This document shows, piece by piece, positions 1-10,035 of a DNA stretch of 40,908 nucleotides. Position 1 is the stretch's first letter. Each line of letters starts with the position of its first letter. The position numbers and the translations under genes were made by a program. The stretch covers positions 1 to 40,908 of the IMG/VR virus record IMGVR_UViG_3300025889_000273, one strand, 5' to 3'. Source of the DNA: a virus (taxonomy: Duplodnaviria > Caudoviricetes). Below the pieces are notes generated by a model. The model had not been told where the DNA came from. It did no database searches and saw nothing but the letters and a program-made list of their open reading frames with translations.

Positions 1-1
1 T

Positions 2-493
2 GGCGAAAAGATTAAATATGGCGTGCTTGACCCGGCTGCGTTCAACCAGGATGGCGGCCCAAGTATAGCCGAACGGATTAACCAGGAGCTACGCAAGGTA
101 GGGCAGCCCGGCTTCCATCGGGCGGACAATACCCGCGTTGGCAAGCGAGGCGCTTTATCGGGCTGGGATCAAATGCGGTCCCGCATAGGTGGCGATGAGC
201 GCGGGCCAAGGCTGTTCGTATTCGATACCTGCCGGGACTTTATCAGGACCGTCCCCGTGTTGCAGCACGACAAGGACCGGCCAGAGGACTTGGATACCGA
301 AACCGAGGATCACGTTGCGGATGAGGCCCGGTATGGCTGTTCATCACGCCCATGGGTTCCAAGAGTTATTCCGCCAAAACGGCCAGAGCGCCTTGTATTC
401 GAGGCCAAGCCAGACGGCAGCGTGGTTGGCAATATGTCCATCAGGGACATTGTGAAGGCCGCCGAGCGCAAGCGAAAACGGGAAGCTGCTTAA
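2..493 (+). CDS. terL: Terminase large subunit, C-terminal nuclease part (partial, allele A)
   Basis: Near-identical to the C-terminus of the full terminase at 34536-36032; nuclease-domain motif 'EDHVADEARY'; truncated by window start. Confidence 0.93.
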   Translation, partial: GEKIKYGVLDPAAFNQDGGPSIAERINQELRKVGQPGFHRADNTRVGKRGALSGWDQMRSRIGGDERGPRLFVFDTCRDFIRTVPVLQHDKDRPEDLDTETEDHVADEARYGCSSRPWVPRVIPPKRPERLVFEAKPDGSVVGNMSIRDIVKAAERKRKREAA

Positions 494-2758
494 TTGTCAG
501 ACATGATCGAAACAGGCCAAGGCTACGACTCCCGCAAGGAAGTTGAGCCGGGGGCAGATACAGTCACATTCTGGCTTGACGCCATCGCTCTGTCCGAGAA
601 GGAAGAGAACGATTGGCGTCGTGAAGCTCGGAACGTGATTTCCGTTTATCGCGGCGAGAAGTCACAGGATGCCAGCTATAATAACGACCTGGATTTTAAT
701 ATCCTGCACGCCAACGTTGAGACTATTCTCCCGGCCATCTACAATTCCCCGCCTAGCCCGGATATTCGCCGCCGCTTTGGCGATAAGGATGCAACGGCCC
801 GCGTTATCGGCCAGCTACTAGAACGCTGCCTGTCGTTCTACCAAGACGCCTACGACTACGATTCCATGATGAATGGCGTTCTATTCGACGGCGCTGTGGC
901 CGGCCGCGGCATCGCCCGTGTGCGCTATGTACCAACCATGCAGGAAGGCGAGCCGGTTGATGGTGACGACCCAAGCATGGGCGGTTACGAGCGCGAAACG
1001 GTTGAATCGGAATCCGTCGCTTGTGAATATGTGAATTGGCAGCGGTTCCGCGTCGGCAAGGCTGACACATGGGAAGAAATGCCCTGGATTGCCTTTGAAC
1101 ATTTCCTGAGCAAGGACGAATTAAAGAAAATCACGACGCCCGAAATCATCAAGGATATGTCCTTCGATTATTCTGTGAAGGGCAACAAGGATGATGCGCA
1201 GGAAACACCGGATATTTACCGGCGCGCGCGTGTATGGGAAATATGGGATAAGGAAAGCCGCAAGGTATTCTTTATTTCGGCTGGCTATGGCGAGAAGCCG
1301 CTGGCCGTACAGGATGATCCATTGGGGCTGGAAGCATTTTTCCCGGTTCCAAGGCCTGTTATGCCTGTTTACACGCCGGGCCGCCTGACCCCGGTTTGCC
1401 CATATTCGATTTATAGAAAACTGGCCGAAGAATTAAACGCGATATCCCGTCGAATTAAGCAGATTGTGCAACAGATACGGGTTAAAGGCGCTTATGCAAT
1501 CGGCCAGTCCGATCTATCCCGACTAGCAGACGCCGACGATGGCGAGCTAATCGGGGTGGAAGGGCTCGAAATGCTCATAGAAGGCGGCATCGAGAAGGGC
1601 ATAGCCTGGTGGCCTATCGAGCCTGCCGTGAAGGCCCTTCAACAGCTATATCAGCAGCGTGATCAGCTTAAACAGACCATTTACGAAGTCACCGGTATTT
1701 CAGACATTGTGCGCGGCCAGTCATCGGCCAGCGAGACTGCCACGGCGCAGCAGATCAAGACGCAATGGGGCTCGCTCCGGGTTCAAAAGCTGCAAAACGA
1801 GGTCCAGCGGTTCGCCCGCGACCTTTACAGGATCAAGGCTGAAATCATTTCCAATCATTTCTCGATTGAGACAATGATGCAGGTTACAGGGATCAAGCTA
1901 CTGCGTCAGCAGGAAAAGCAGATGATCCAGATGCAAATGCAGCAGCAGCCGCCGCCGCCGCCACCACAGCCCGGCCAGCCTCCGCAACAAGCGCCACAGC
2001 CCCCGCAATTGCCGCCTGAAATCGCCAAGGCGATGAAGGAGCCAAGCGTAGAGGAAGTGGAGCAGGTTATCAGGTCCGACATGCTGCGCTCCTACCGCGT
2101 GGACGTGGAAAGCGATAGCACGATACGTTCGGATATGACGCGCCAGCAAAAGGCTATGCAGGAGTTTCTTACCGGCACAAGCCAATATCTCGCCGCTGCC
2201 GGTCCCGTTGTCCAAAGCGGAATGATGCCGCCCGGCCCGCTGATCGAGGTTTACGCAGCATTCGCTAGAATGTTCAAGCTTGGTAAGCAGGCAGATGATG
2301 CCCTTGACCAATTGAGCGAGACGGCCAAGGAAAACCCGCCACCACCCAAGCCTGACCCAGAAGCCGAGAAAGCCAAGGCGCAAATGGCGATGGAAAAGGA
2401 AAAGGCGCAGGCCAGCCAGCAACTTGAGCAAGCCAAGCTGCAAATGCAGCAGCAGGGCGAGCAGGCCAAATTGCAAATGGAACAGCAAAAGATGGCTATG
2501 GACGCGGAAGCGACACAAGCCAAGGGGCAGCAGGACGCCATGCTGGCCCGTGAGAAGATGTACGCTGATATTGAATTGCAGCGTGAGAAGATGGCTTTCG
2601 AGCAAGAAATGGCCCGCGAAAAGATGGCTGGTGAATTGGAAATCAAGCGCATGATGGCGCAGGAACAAGCAGCCATCGCCAGTGAAGCAGCAGAACACAA
2701 GGCAGAAATTGCTAACAAGGAAGCATCGAGCCGTGCCAAAGCAAAGGCGGGTAAATAA
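494..2758 (+). CDS. Portal protein (allele A)
   Basis: 754 aa directly after terL; 'EVTGISDIVRG...ETATAQQIK' portal-type motif; long Q/E/K/M helical C-terminal barrel as in P22-like portals; TTG start (alternative ATG 503). Confidence 0.88.
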   Translation: MSDMIETGQGYDSRKEVEPGADTVTFWLDAIALSEKEENDWRREARNVISVYRGEKSQDASYNNDLDFNILHANVETILPAIYNSPPSPDIRRRFGDKDATARVIGQLLERCLSFYQDAYDYDSMMNGVLFDGAVAGRGIARVRYVPTMQEGEPVDGDDPSMGGYERETVESESVACEYVNWQRFRVGKADTWEEMPWIAFEHFLSKDELKKITTPEIIKDMSFDYSVKGNKDDAQETPDIYRRARVWEIWDKESRKVFFISAGYGEKPLAVQDDPLGLEAFFPVPRPVMPVYTPGRLTPVCPYSIYRKLAEELNAISRRIKQIVQQIRVKGAYAIGQSDLSRLADADDGELIGVEGLEMLIEGGIEKGIAWWPIEPAVKALQQLYQQRDQLKQTIYEVTGISDIVRGQSSASETATAQQIKTQWGSLRVQKLQNEVQRFARDLYRIKAEIISNHFSIETMMQVTGIKLLRQQEKQMIQMQMQQQPPPPPPQPGQPPQQAPQPPQLPPEIAKAMKEPSVEEVEQVIRSDMLRSYRVDVESDSTIRSDMTRQQKAMQEFLTGTSQYLAAAGPVVQSGMMPPGPLIEVYAAFARMFKLGKQADDALDQLSETAKENPPPPKPDPEAEKAKAQMAMEKEKAQASQQLEQAKLQMQQQGEQAKLQMEQQKMAMDAEATQAKGQQDAMLAREKMYADIELQREKMAFEQEMAREKMAGELEIKRMMAQEQAAIASEAAEHKAEIANKEASSRAKAKAGK

Positions 2759-4212
2759 TGGCCACTAATCAGGAATTGCAGCAAGCCAGCGTCCGGGCCT
2801 TTACGGGCACGGCGTACAGCTACAATGACGACTGGATGGCATTGTTTGACCTGCAAGGGATTGCAGAAGGCGCATTCAACGACCGGATGCTTGTGTTTCT
2901 AAATGGCTATCTTGGAACAAGCTATAAAAACATAAATGATGCGAAGAAAGCGTTCGCGGTTTCCAAGGGATTTACTAGCTGGAATGAGTTAGGTTCGTTT
3001 GATATTGCGGCGTTGTATTTTGCTTTCAGTGAGGATTTATCTGTAACTGATAGGATTGTTCCCGTCTCCCTCACTACAGCCCGCGCTAGCACAACGTATG
3101 TTTACAATAGTTCGGGTGTGTTGACTTCTGTAGCGAGCGGCGCTCCAGCCTTCACCTACGATCCGTCCACGCTGACAAGTCTTGGTCTGCGGCAGGAATT
3201 GGCGGAAACCAACGTATTGCTAAATTCTGTTACACCATCGTCGTGGAGCGGCAATGGGGTCACATCTTTTACAGCCGATGCGGCAACAGGTATTGATGGC
3301 TTGACCAATGCCGCCAAGATGGTCGAAGATACCGCGAACACGTACCATTGCGCTATTCACTCTTTCACTGGAACCGCTGCTGCTTGGTATGGCTACCACA
3401 TTGTAAAAGCTGATGCGACGTATACGAAAGCGCAATTGTTTTTCAGTGGAGCGTCTAACACTGGCGCAGTCTTTGATCTGACTAACGGTTCTGTTCTATC
3501 TACCACGGGCACATTACTTGGGTCTGGCTCAAAAGACCTCGGCAACGGTTGGTGGCTGATCTGGATTTCAATGACGCTAACAGCGGCGGCGTGGGGTTTG
3601 TACTGCGGTGGCGTAACTTCTAGTGGCGCTGTCCCACGAAGTCACACAGGTGATGGGTCGTCTGGTATTTACTTTGATCGGTATCCCAAGATAGCACTAG
3701 GGACTGTTCCAACCTCGCCTATCCCAACCGGCGCTACATCAGTCACCCGTGCGGTGGATACAAACACGCTAGCCACTTCTGGCTGGCTTAACGCTGCGGG
3801 CGGTACTTTCGTTTTTGAAGGGCGGGTGCCGACAATAACAGCGGCTTCCAGCCTGTTCGGACTATCTGACGGGACTGCAAACGAGCGCATCTATGCGACA
3901 ATCAATTCAAGTGGGAATGGAAATCTGCTTGTTGTCGATGGTGGCGTGACGCAGGCAGACGTGACAACGGCAAACGCGGCAACAGCATCGACAAGTTTCA
4001 AGTTCGCTGTGCGGGTTGAGGCAAACAGCTTTGCGGCCTGTCTAAATGGCGGGACTGTGGCAACTGATGTATCCGGCACGCTTCCTACTGTCACGACACT
4101 GACCTTGTTGCAGAACTATCTAAATGCGGCCCAATCGAACGGCACATGCGCCAGTTTCCGTTATTATCCGCCTGGCGTGACTGATGCACAGCTACAGGTA
4201 CTTACCGCATGA
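2758..4212 (+). CDS. Putative head spike/fibre protein with beta-sandwich (LamG/ConA-like) domains
   Basis: 'RASTTYVYNSSGVL...PAFTYDPST...GLRQE...TNVLLNS' and 'PTSPIPT...VTRAVD' motifs typical of phage head-fibre proteins; T/S/G-rich; TAATG coupling to portal. Confidence 0.65.
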   Translation: MATNQELQQASVRAFTGTAYSYNDDWMALFDLQGIAEGAFNDRMLVFLNGYLGTSYKNINDAKKAFAVSKGFTSWNELGSFDIAALYFAFSEDLSVTDRIVPVSLTTARASTTYVYNSSGVLTSVASGAPAFTYDPSTLTSLGLRQELAETNVLLNSVTPSSWSGNGVTSFTADAATGIDGLTNAAKMVEDTANTYHCAIHSFTGTAAAWYGYHIVKADATYTKAQLFFSGASNTGAVFDLTNGSVLSTTGTLLGSGSKDLGNGWWLIWISMTLTAAAWGLYCGGVTSSGAVPRSHTGDGSSGIYFDRYPKIALGTVPTSPIPTGATSVTRAVDTNTLATSGWLNAAGGTFVFEGRVPTITAASSLFGLSDGTANERIYATINSSGNGNLLVVDGGVTQADVTTANAATASTSFKFAVRVEANSFAACLNGGTVATDVSGTLPTVTTLTLLQNYLNAAQSNGTCASFRYYPPGVTDAQLQVLTA

Positions 4213-4493
4213 CGATATATCGCTGGGATGGGTCTGATTTCATAGATAAGCAGACCGGCGAAAAGATGGATATTCCAGAACGGGACGGTCCATGCGTTCC
4301 GCTCACCATACAGCACGACATTCCAGATTATATTTCTCCTGTAACTGGCAAGCTCGTTTCCGGGCGAGTTGCGCGGCGGGAGGATATGGCGAGGTCCGGG
4401 TGCGTTGAGTACGAAACGCCGAAGGACCGCTTTTGCTTGACCGAGAAGTGGGCCAAGCGCACCGGGCTGCCACTTAAAGGCAGGGACATTTAA
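4209..4493 (+). CDS. Small conserved phage protein (head module)
   Basis: 94 aa, ATGA overlap; 'YISPVTGKLVSGR..RREDM..SGC' pattern; sits just before the scaffold gene. Confidence 0.7.
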   Translation: MTIYRWDGSDFIDKQTGEKMDIPERDGPCVPLTIQHDIPDYISPVTGKLVSGRVARREDMARSGCVEYETPKDRFCLTEKWAKRTGLPLKGRDI

Positions 4494-4502
4494 GGACACA
4501 AA

Positions 4503-5609
4503 ATGGCGGACGAAATTGACGTCGGGGCGACAATCCCCGCGAATGATGTTGCACAACCTGAATCACAAGCGGCGGAAACGCCACAAACCCCGGAAGTCGA
4601 ACTTGATAGTGAGTTGGATGACATTTGGGAAAAGGCACAAGCCGCGCCCGGCGAGGACGATCCTGCGCCACGGGCACGCGATGAACATGGCCGCTTTCTA
4701 AAAGCGGACGGCGAGCCGGAAGAAACACCGGACGCAACAAAGGATTCCGAGGGCCAGCCCCAGGAACAGGAAGCCAAACCGGAGGATACTCCGGCCATTG
4801 AGCCACCTAGTTCCTGGTCCAAGGAAGTGCGTGAACACTGGAACGCTATACCGCGCGAAACGCAAGAATATATTGCCAATCGCGAACGGGACATGCACAG
4901 GGCCATCACGCAACAGGGGGAACAGTTAAGAGCGTTCGAGCCATACAAGCAGGTCGCTGATTACTTCGCGGACGAAATCCGCGCCTCCAACATGCAACCG
5001 CATCAGGCGTTCGCCGCCTTGTTGCAGGTCCAGCGGGATTTGGAGCGTGACAGGTACGTAACAATCAGAAACATTGCCCAACAGTATGGCGTCGATCTTT
5101 CCAAGTTTGCCAATGCAGATGAGGGCACGGGCCAGTCGCCGGAATTGGCGTCACTCGCAGCACAATTGCAGGCAGCGCACAGGCAGATTGAAACGCTGAA
5201 TAGTCGCGTCAGCTTCCGCGAACAGCAGGAGCAAAACGCTTTCATCCAAACAGCCGAGCAAGAGCTAGCCTCTTTCCTGACTGAAAACGCTATTGACGAC
5301 CAGACCGCTGACTTGATGGTTGATCGGGTTTTGTTCTACCGGACGCAACACCCTGATTGGCATATCAAGCAAGTTCTCAAGCAAGCACACGAAGATTTAA
5401 CATGGACTGACCCCGCAAGGCGTCAGGCCGCGATTGACCGCGAATTGCAAGCCAAACGTGAAGCCGAGGCAAAAGCTGCCAAGGAGCGAGCGGAAAAGGC
5501 ACGCAAGGCGGGTTCCGTCAATGTGAAGTCGTCGCCAGTGAATGCACGAGGCAGCGTGACGCTAGACGATGCGTTGGAACAGGCATGGGCAGCCTCGCGG
5601 GCATCTTAA
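4503..5609 (+). CDS. Scaffolding protein
   Basis: Acidic N-terminus with 'RARDEHGRF', 'PPSSW...W..IP...Q' motif, helical; immediately upstream of capsid; RBS aagga. Confidence 0.8.
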   Translation: MADEIDVGATIPANDVAQPESQAAETPQTPEVELDSELDDIWEKAQAAPGEDDPAPRARDEHGRFLKADGEPEETPDATKDSEGQPQEQEAKPEDTPAIEPPSSWSKEVREHWNAIPRETQEYIANRERDMHRAITQQGEQLRAFEPYKQVADYFADEIRASNMQPHQAFAALLQVQRDLERDRYVTIRNIAQQYGVDLSKFANADEGTGQSPELASLAAQLQAAHRQIETLNSRVSFREQQEQNAFIQTAEQELASFLTENAIDDQTADLMVDRVLFYRTQHPDWHIKQVLKQAHEDLTWTDPARRQAAIDRELQAKREAEAKAAKERAEKARKAGSVNVKSSPVNARGSVTLDDALEQAWAASRAS

Positions 5610-5629
5610 CATCATAAGGAACTAATGAA

Positions 5630-6595
5630 ATGGCATCGCCTAACGCAACCTTCACCGATTTGGTGACGACTACTCTCCGCCATACGCCAGAGCGCATGGC
5701 AGACAACATCTCCAACCATAACGCCCTTGTGTCTCGCTTGAAACAGAAGGGGAATATCAAGACGATTTCCGGTGGCAATACAATCGTTGAGCCACTCGAT
5801 TTCGGTGGAAACACCAACTACCAGCGTTATTCCGATTATGACGCGCTCTCGATCAATGCTCACCAGCCATTGACCAGCGCGGAATATAATTGGGCACAGG
5901 CTGCAATCCATGTGACTGCTTCCGGCGCTGAAATCCGCAAGAACATGGGTTCAAAAGAGCAGATGTTCAATCTGGTAAAAGCCCGCGTGAAGTCGGCCTA
6001 TCGTGATGCTGCAAACAGCTTCTCGACGGACGTATATTCATCCGGCGCTTTGACCAATCAGGTTGGTGGTCTCGCTCACCTGATCCAGACTGATGGCTCC
6101 GGCACTGTCGGCGGCATCGACTCGTCAACCTATACCTGGTGGAAAAACCAGTTCAAGGAAATGACGGGCACAGGCACCTATGCCAGCATCTTGCAGGACA
6201 TGAACAACCTGTGGATGTCTTGCGTTCGTGGCAAGGATGAGCCTGATCTGCTCGTTTCCACGCACGACCTGTTTGCCGCGTATGAAAATACGTTGCAGCA
6301 GTGGCAGCGGTACAGCGACTCGCGGACTGCCGAAGGTGGCTTCCGTGCGTTGAAGTACAAGGGCGCTGACGTGATCTATGACAGCGATGCAACCAACTTC
6401 ACGACGACCGGCGAGAAGATGTACTTCCTCAATTCGGATTACATCTACCTTGTCGAGCACAAGGAAGCCAAGTGGTCGCGTCAGGAAGATAAGGTTCCTG
6501 TGAACCAGGACGCCGTTGTCATCCCGATTATCTGGATGGGCCAAATGGTCTGTGCCAACCGCGCCCGTCAGGGTGTGATGATCGACGCATCGTAA
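5630..6595 (+). CDS. Major capsid protein
   Basis: 321 aa after scaffold; strong RBS (aaggaa); strongly biased codon use; 'MYFLN...IYL' and terminal 'NRARQGV' typical of HK97-fold capsids of this phage group. Confidence 0.88.
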   Translation: MASPNATFTDLVTTTLRHTPERMADNISNHNALVSRLKQKGNIKTISGGNTIVEPLDFGGNTNYQRYSDYDALSINAHQPLTSAEYNWAQAAIHVTASGAEIRKNMGSKEQMFNLVKARVKSAYRDAANSFSTDVYSSGALTNQVGGLAHLIQTDGSGTVGGIDSSTYTWWKNQFKEMTGTGTYASILQDMNNLWMSCVRGKDEPDLLVSTHDLFAAYENTLQQWQRYSDSRTAEGGFRALKYKGADVIYDSDATNFTTTGEKMYFLNSDYIYLVEHKEAKWSRQEDKVPVNQDAVVIPIIWMGQMVCANRARQGVMIDAS

Positions 6596-6623
6596 TCGCT
6601 GAAATCCAGAAAGGACTAAACTA

Positions 6624-7088
6624 ATGGCTACGATCTATTCAGGTGTTGACCTGACTGCAAACGACTCGGCTGCGAAGTTCACGCCGGGCGTTTCCTTCGA
6701 GGATAACGATGGCAAGGTTTATCGTTACCTTCAATTCAATGATGGTGCAGGCGCGGTTGCGGCTGTCGCCGGTAACTTTGCGTATGTGTATGCGCCTTCG
6801 GGTGCTTCTGCTGGCGCAAGCACGGTTGCGACTTCTGACCTGTCGGATTCGGCAGCGGTTGGCGCTGGCGTGTTCCAGGCTGTTCTCACAGATGGCTATT
6901 ATGGGTGGTTTCAGGTTGGCGGCATCGCCACGCTGACAACTGCCCTGACGGCTGGTGCTGATGGCAACGCCCTGACCCCGGTTGGCTCAACAGACGGCAC
7001 GCTCGATGTGTCGGCTCTTGTGACTGACCATATCTGCGCCATCGCAATCGACGCTTCTGCGAAGATTGTTCGACTGGTGAATATGTAA
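6624..7088 (+). CDS. Capsid decoration/cement protein
   Basis: 154 aa A/G-rich, 'GKVYRY', 'YGWFQVGG'; directly after capsid with strong RBS and followed by a terminator. Confidence 0.7.
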   Translation: MATIYSGVDLTANDSAAKFTPGVSFEDNDGKVYRYLQFNDGAGAVAAVAGNFAYVYAPSGASAGASTVATSDLSDSAAVGAGVFQAVLTDGYYGWFQVGGIATLTTALTAGADGNALTPVGSTDGTLDVSALVTDHICAIAIDASAKIVRLVNM

Positions 7089-7096
7089 GGCAAGTG

Positions 7097-7124
7097 GGCG
7101 GGGGCTTCGGCTCCCGCCTTTCTC
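7097..7124 (+). terminator. Intrinsic terminator (probably leaky) after head genes
   Basis: ggcgggggc-TTCG-gctcccgcc followed by tttctc. Confidence 0.8.
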
Positions 7125-7142
7125 ATTCAAACAGGTGGAAAA

Positions 7143-7775
7143 ATGGCGGACGATTTCAACGTAATTACCAAGGAACAGGTTGCGGCAAGGCCGCTGAAAT
7201 TCCCAACGGAATACGTCAAGCAGGCTGACGGGACTTACAAGGAAGTTGACTACGTTGTCTATGCCGCAATGGGAAAGGCACAGAACGCAACGACCAAGGC
7301 GCGAATCAAGGACATTCAAGGGACAGTCCTTTGGGAAGTATTCGAGAAATACTACGAGGCGCACAAAAAGGGCAAGGAAACCCCGGTGAACGGCACGCCG
7401 CTTGCTGTATGGGCTGGCTGCACACCGGAACAGGCGGAAATTCTACGCAGCAACGGGCTTCATTCCGTTGAGGACGTGGCCGGTGTTCCTTCATCTATCG
7501 CCAACCGCATCCGGTTCCCAGGCGTTGACAACATAATCAGCAATGCCAAGCGATTTGTGGAAGGCGCAGACCAGCGCGCAACCGAAGTCGCATTGGCAAA
7601 GAAGGACGCTGAAATCTCCGAAATGCAGTCTCGCATGAAGGATATGGAAGATGCCTTCAATCGCATGATGGAAGCGCAGGAAAAGGGCGATGCCGAGCCT
7701 AAAAGGCGCGGCCGTCCACCTAAACAGCAGGAAGTCACCGAAGATTTCCAACCAAGCGAGGTTGATGTAGGATGA
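7143..7775 (+). CDS. Conserved phage protein with helix-hairpin-helix-like core, coiled coil and AT-hook-like RRGRPPK
   Basis: 'GTPLAVW...QAEIL...LHSVEDVA' motif; C-terminal KRRGRPPK. Confidence 0.7.
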   Translation: MADDFNVITKEQVAARPLKFPTEYVKQADGTYKEVDYVVYAAMGKAQNATTKARIKDIQGTVLWEVFEKYYEAHKKGKETPVNGTPLAVWAGCTPEQAEILRSNGLHSVEDVAGVPSSIANRIRFPGVDNIISNAKRFVEGADQRATEVALAKKDAEISEMQSRMKDMEDAFNRMMEAQEKGDAEPKRRGRPPKQQEVTEDFQPSEVDVG

Positions 7776-8470
7776 GCCTTTTAACGCTCGTTGGAGACGC
7801 GATGGTGCTTTGCGGCCTGTCGCGTCCTGCAACTGTTTTCACGAACACCGATCCGACAGTGCAGGAATTTATCGCATGGGCGCAAGTCGATGGCGATGAC
7901 CTTGCGCTGATGGATTGGGCGCAGTTGAAAACGCTTATCACGCTAACGGGCGATGGATCATCGACAACCTTTGACCTTCCGGGCGATTTCGCGCGCTGGT
8001 ATGGCGGCGATACGTTCTACCTGAATGGGGAATCGTCCGGCCCGCTGCTGAATGTCAGCGATGAAGATATGCTGAAGGCCAAAGCGCAAAGCACATCGCC
8101 CACACGGCCTATCTGGCGGCGATTTGGCGATCAGATCGAGTTCTATCCGGCCCCGACTGCATCACAGACTATCAAGGGTGAATTTCGGTCTGAATACTGG
8201 ATAATGGACTCCACCCTTACCACGCGACTGGCTGAATGGACGGCTGACGATAACGAAACGCTGTTTTCCGATCCGTTGCAGCGGCTTGGTATTGCTTGGC
8301 GCTGGAAGGCGTCGAAGGGCCTGGATTACGAGCGTATCGAAGCCGAATACCAGAAGCAAAAGCGCATCCGGTTTATTCAGCAGGACGGCCGCAAAACCAT
8401 CCGGCTTCCGACGATTTATCCGTCCGATATGGCGTCAAACAGTTATGACGTGAATGTGGTTGTGCCCTGA
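7772..8470 (+). CDS. Head-tail adaptor (tail tubular protein A / P22 gp4-like)
   Basis: 'MSLLTLV...LCGL', 'IEFYPAP', 'GIAWRWKASKGLDY'; position before nozzle gene. Confidence 0.75.
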   Translation: MSLLTLVGDAMVLCGLSRPATVFTNTDPTVQEFIAWAQVDGDDLALMDWAQLKTLITLTGDGSSTTFDLPGDFARWYGGDTFYLNGESSGPLLNVSDEDMLKAKAQSTSPTRPIWRRFGDQIEFYPAPTASQTIKGEFRSEYWIMDSTLTTRLAEWTADDNETLFSDPLQRLGIAWRWKASKGLDYERIEAEYQKQKRIRFIQQDGRKTIRLPTIYPSDMASNSYDVNVVVP

Positions 8471-10035
8471 TGTTTGCCCGCGCCATGCCATCCAAACGCC
8501 GCAAGCGGTCCAGCAAGACCAAGACCTTGCAGGCTCCTACGCTTGGCTGGGTAACTGAGGAAAACATAATTGCAGGAAGGCCGGGAACAGCACGCCAGCT
8601 TGTAAACTGGTTTCCAGATGCCAATACGGTTGGCGTCAGGCGCGGCCATGCAAGCCATAGTGATACGGGCGAGACAACGCCGGTCAATACATTGATTGCC
8701 TATCATCTGGCGAACGGCAATAAGAGCCTTTATGCGGCCTGCAATGATACGATCTACAACGTAACGGGTTCGAGCGCTTCGGCCACGTCAATCACCAGCC
8801 TGACAAGTTCAAAGCTGGAATGGGTTAATTTCGCGGCTACCACGACCAATTACATCTTCGCGGTCAATGGTACAGATAGCGCAATTACATTCGACGGTAC
8901 GACATGGGCCAACCCGTCTATAACAGGGGTTTCCAGTTCGTCATTCACGAACGTTGCTATATTCAAGCGTCGGTTATTTTTTACCCTGTTGAACAGCCTG
9001 CAATTCGCATATCTGCCGGTCGGCAATATCGCGGGAGCAGCGGCAACCTTTGACCTTGGCCCGGAGTTTTCCAAGGGCGGCTATCTGATAGCAATTGGCG
9101 TGTGGACGATGGACGGCGGGGCTGGTCAGGATGACCATATCTGCTTCATCACGTCAGAGGGCCAAGTCTCGATATATCAGGGCGACGACCCCAGCGATGC
9201 AAACCATTGGGCGAAGGTTGGCACGTATAACCTGCCGAAACCGATTGGCAAGCGTTGCGTGATGCAGGTTGGCGGTGATGTGTATCTGGTAACGGAAGCC
9301 GGGATTATTGCGCTGCGGGAAAGCCTTGCGCTGGACATTTCGGCGGCAACAGCAAGGGCTATTACCAAGAACATTCAAAGCGCTGTAAATACCGCTGCCG
9401 ACCTGTACCGAACGAATTTCGGCTGGCAGTTGCTTTCCTATGCTGCTGGCAAGATGGCAATCCTGAATGTCCCGCTGACTGAAAGCGAAACGCAACACCA
9501 GTATGTAATGAACAGCGTGACGGGCGCTTGGTGCAAGTTCACCGGCATGAATGCCAATTGTTTCGCCGTTCTAGGTGACGAATTATATTTCGGCGGAAAT
9601 GATGGCGTTGTTTACAAGGCGCATACAGGCGCGTCAGACAATGGCGCGGACATTATCGCGGATTATGAAAGCTATTACGATTATTTCGGCGCTCCCGGCC
9701 TTTTGAAGGACTGGAAGATGATCCAACCGATTATCTACGCTGACGGATCGGTTGTTCCAGCAATCGGGCTGAATGTCGATTTTGAAGATTCAATCCCGGT
9801 AACGAGTATTTCAGCAAGCACGGCCACGGTCATCCGATGGGGCGAGTTCAATTGGGATGAGGCGTCATGGTCTGCGGAACGGACGTTAAGCAAGCCATGG
9901 ATTTCGCTGAATGCGTCAAAGCCTGGATATGCGGGCGCGGTCAGGATGCGCGCTGTTGTGAAGGGTTCCGGCTCGCCGGTAACGCTGGAAATCAACGCTT
10001 TTAACCTGATCTATGAGGTTGGCTCACCTTTATGA
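8470..10035 (+). CDS. Tail nozzle / packaged-DNA stabilisation protein (P22 gp10 / tubular protein B-like)
   Basis: 521 aa beta-propeller-like composition; synteny adaptor-nozzle-GNAT-ejection genes. Confidence 0.78.
   Translation: MFARAMPSKRRKRSSKTKTLQAPTLGWVTEENIIAGRPGTARQLVNWFPDANTVGVRRGHASHSDTGETTPVNTLIAYHLANGNKSLYAACNDTIYNVTGSSASATSITSLTSSKLEWVNFAATTTNYIFAVNGTDSAITFDGTTWANPSITGVSSSSFTNVAIFKRRLFFTLLNSLQFAYLPVGNIAGAAATFDLGPEFSKGGYLIAIGVWTMDGGAGQDDHICFITSEGQVSIYQGDDPSDANHWAKVGTYNLPKPIGKRCVMQVGGDVYLVTEAGIIALRESLALDISAATARAITKNIQSAVNTAADLYRTNFGWQLLSYAAGKMAILNVPLTESETQHQYVMNSVTGAWCKFTGMNANCFAVLGDELYFGGNDGVVYKAHTGASDNGADIIADYESYYDYFGAPGLLKDWKMIQPIIYADGSVVPAIGLNVDFEDSIPVTSISASTATVIRWGEFNWDEASWSAERTLSKPWISLNASKPGYAGAVRMRAVVKGSGSPVTLEINAFNLIYEVGSPL

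Larger units (their letters stand above)
1..2932 (+). repeat. Copy A of diverged direct repeat (terL end-portal-start of next gene); copy B at 35540-40908
   Basis: 1-108 identical to 35540-35647; 2806-2932 identical to 40782-40908; sequence between is colinear with mostly third-position substitutions. Confidence 0.97.

Noticed and set aside
1915-2700. CAG/CCG-rich repeats and long antisense ORFs (1898-2698, 2251-2856)
   Set aside because: Low-complexity P/Q linker and Q/E/K/M coiled coil of the portal; the antisense ORFs are shadows
1-2932. Direct terminal repeat / headful terminal redundancy
   Set aside because: The copies differ by many substitutions and two whole genes; true terminal redundancy would be identical
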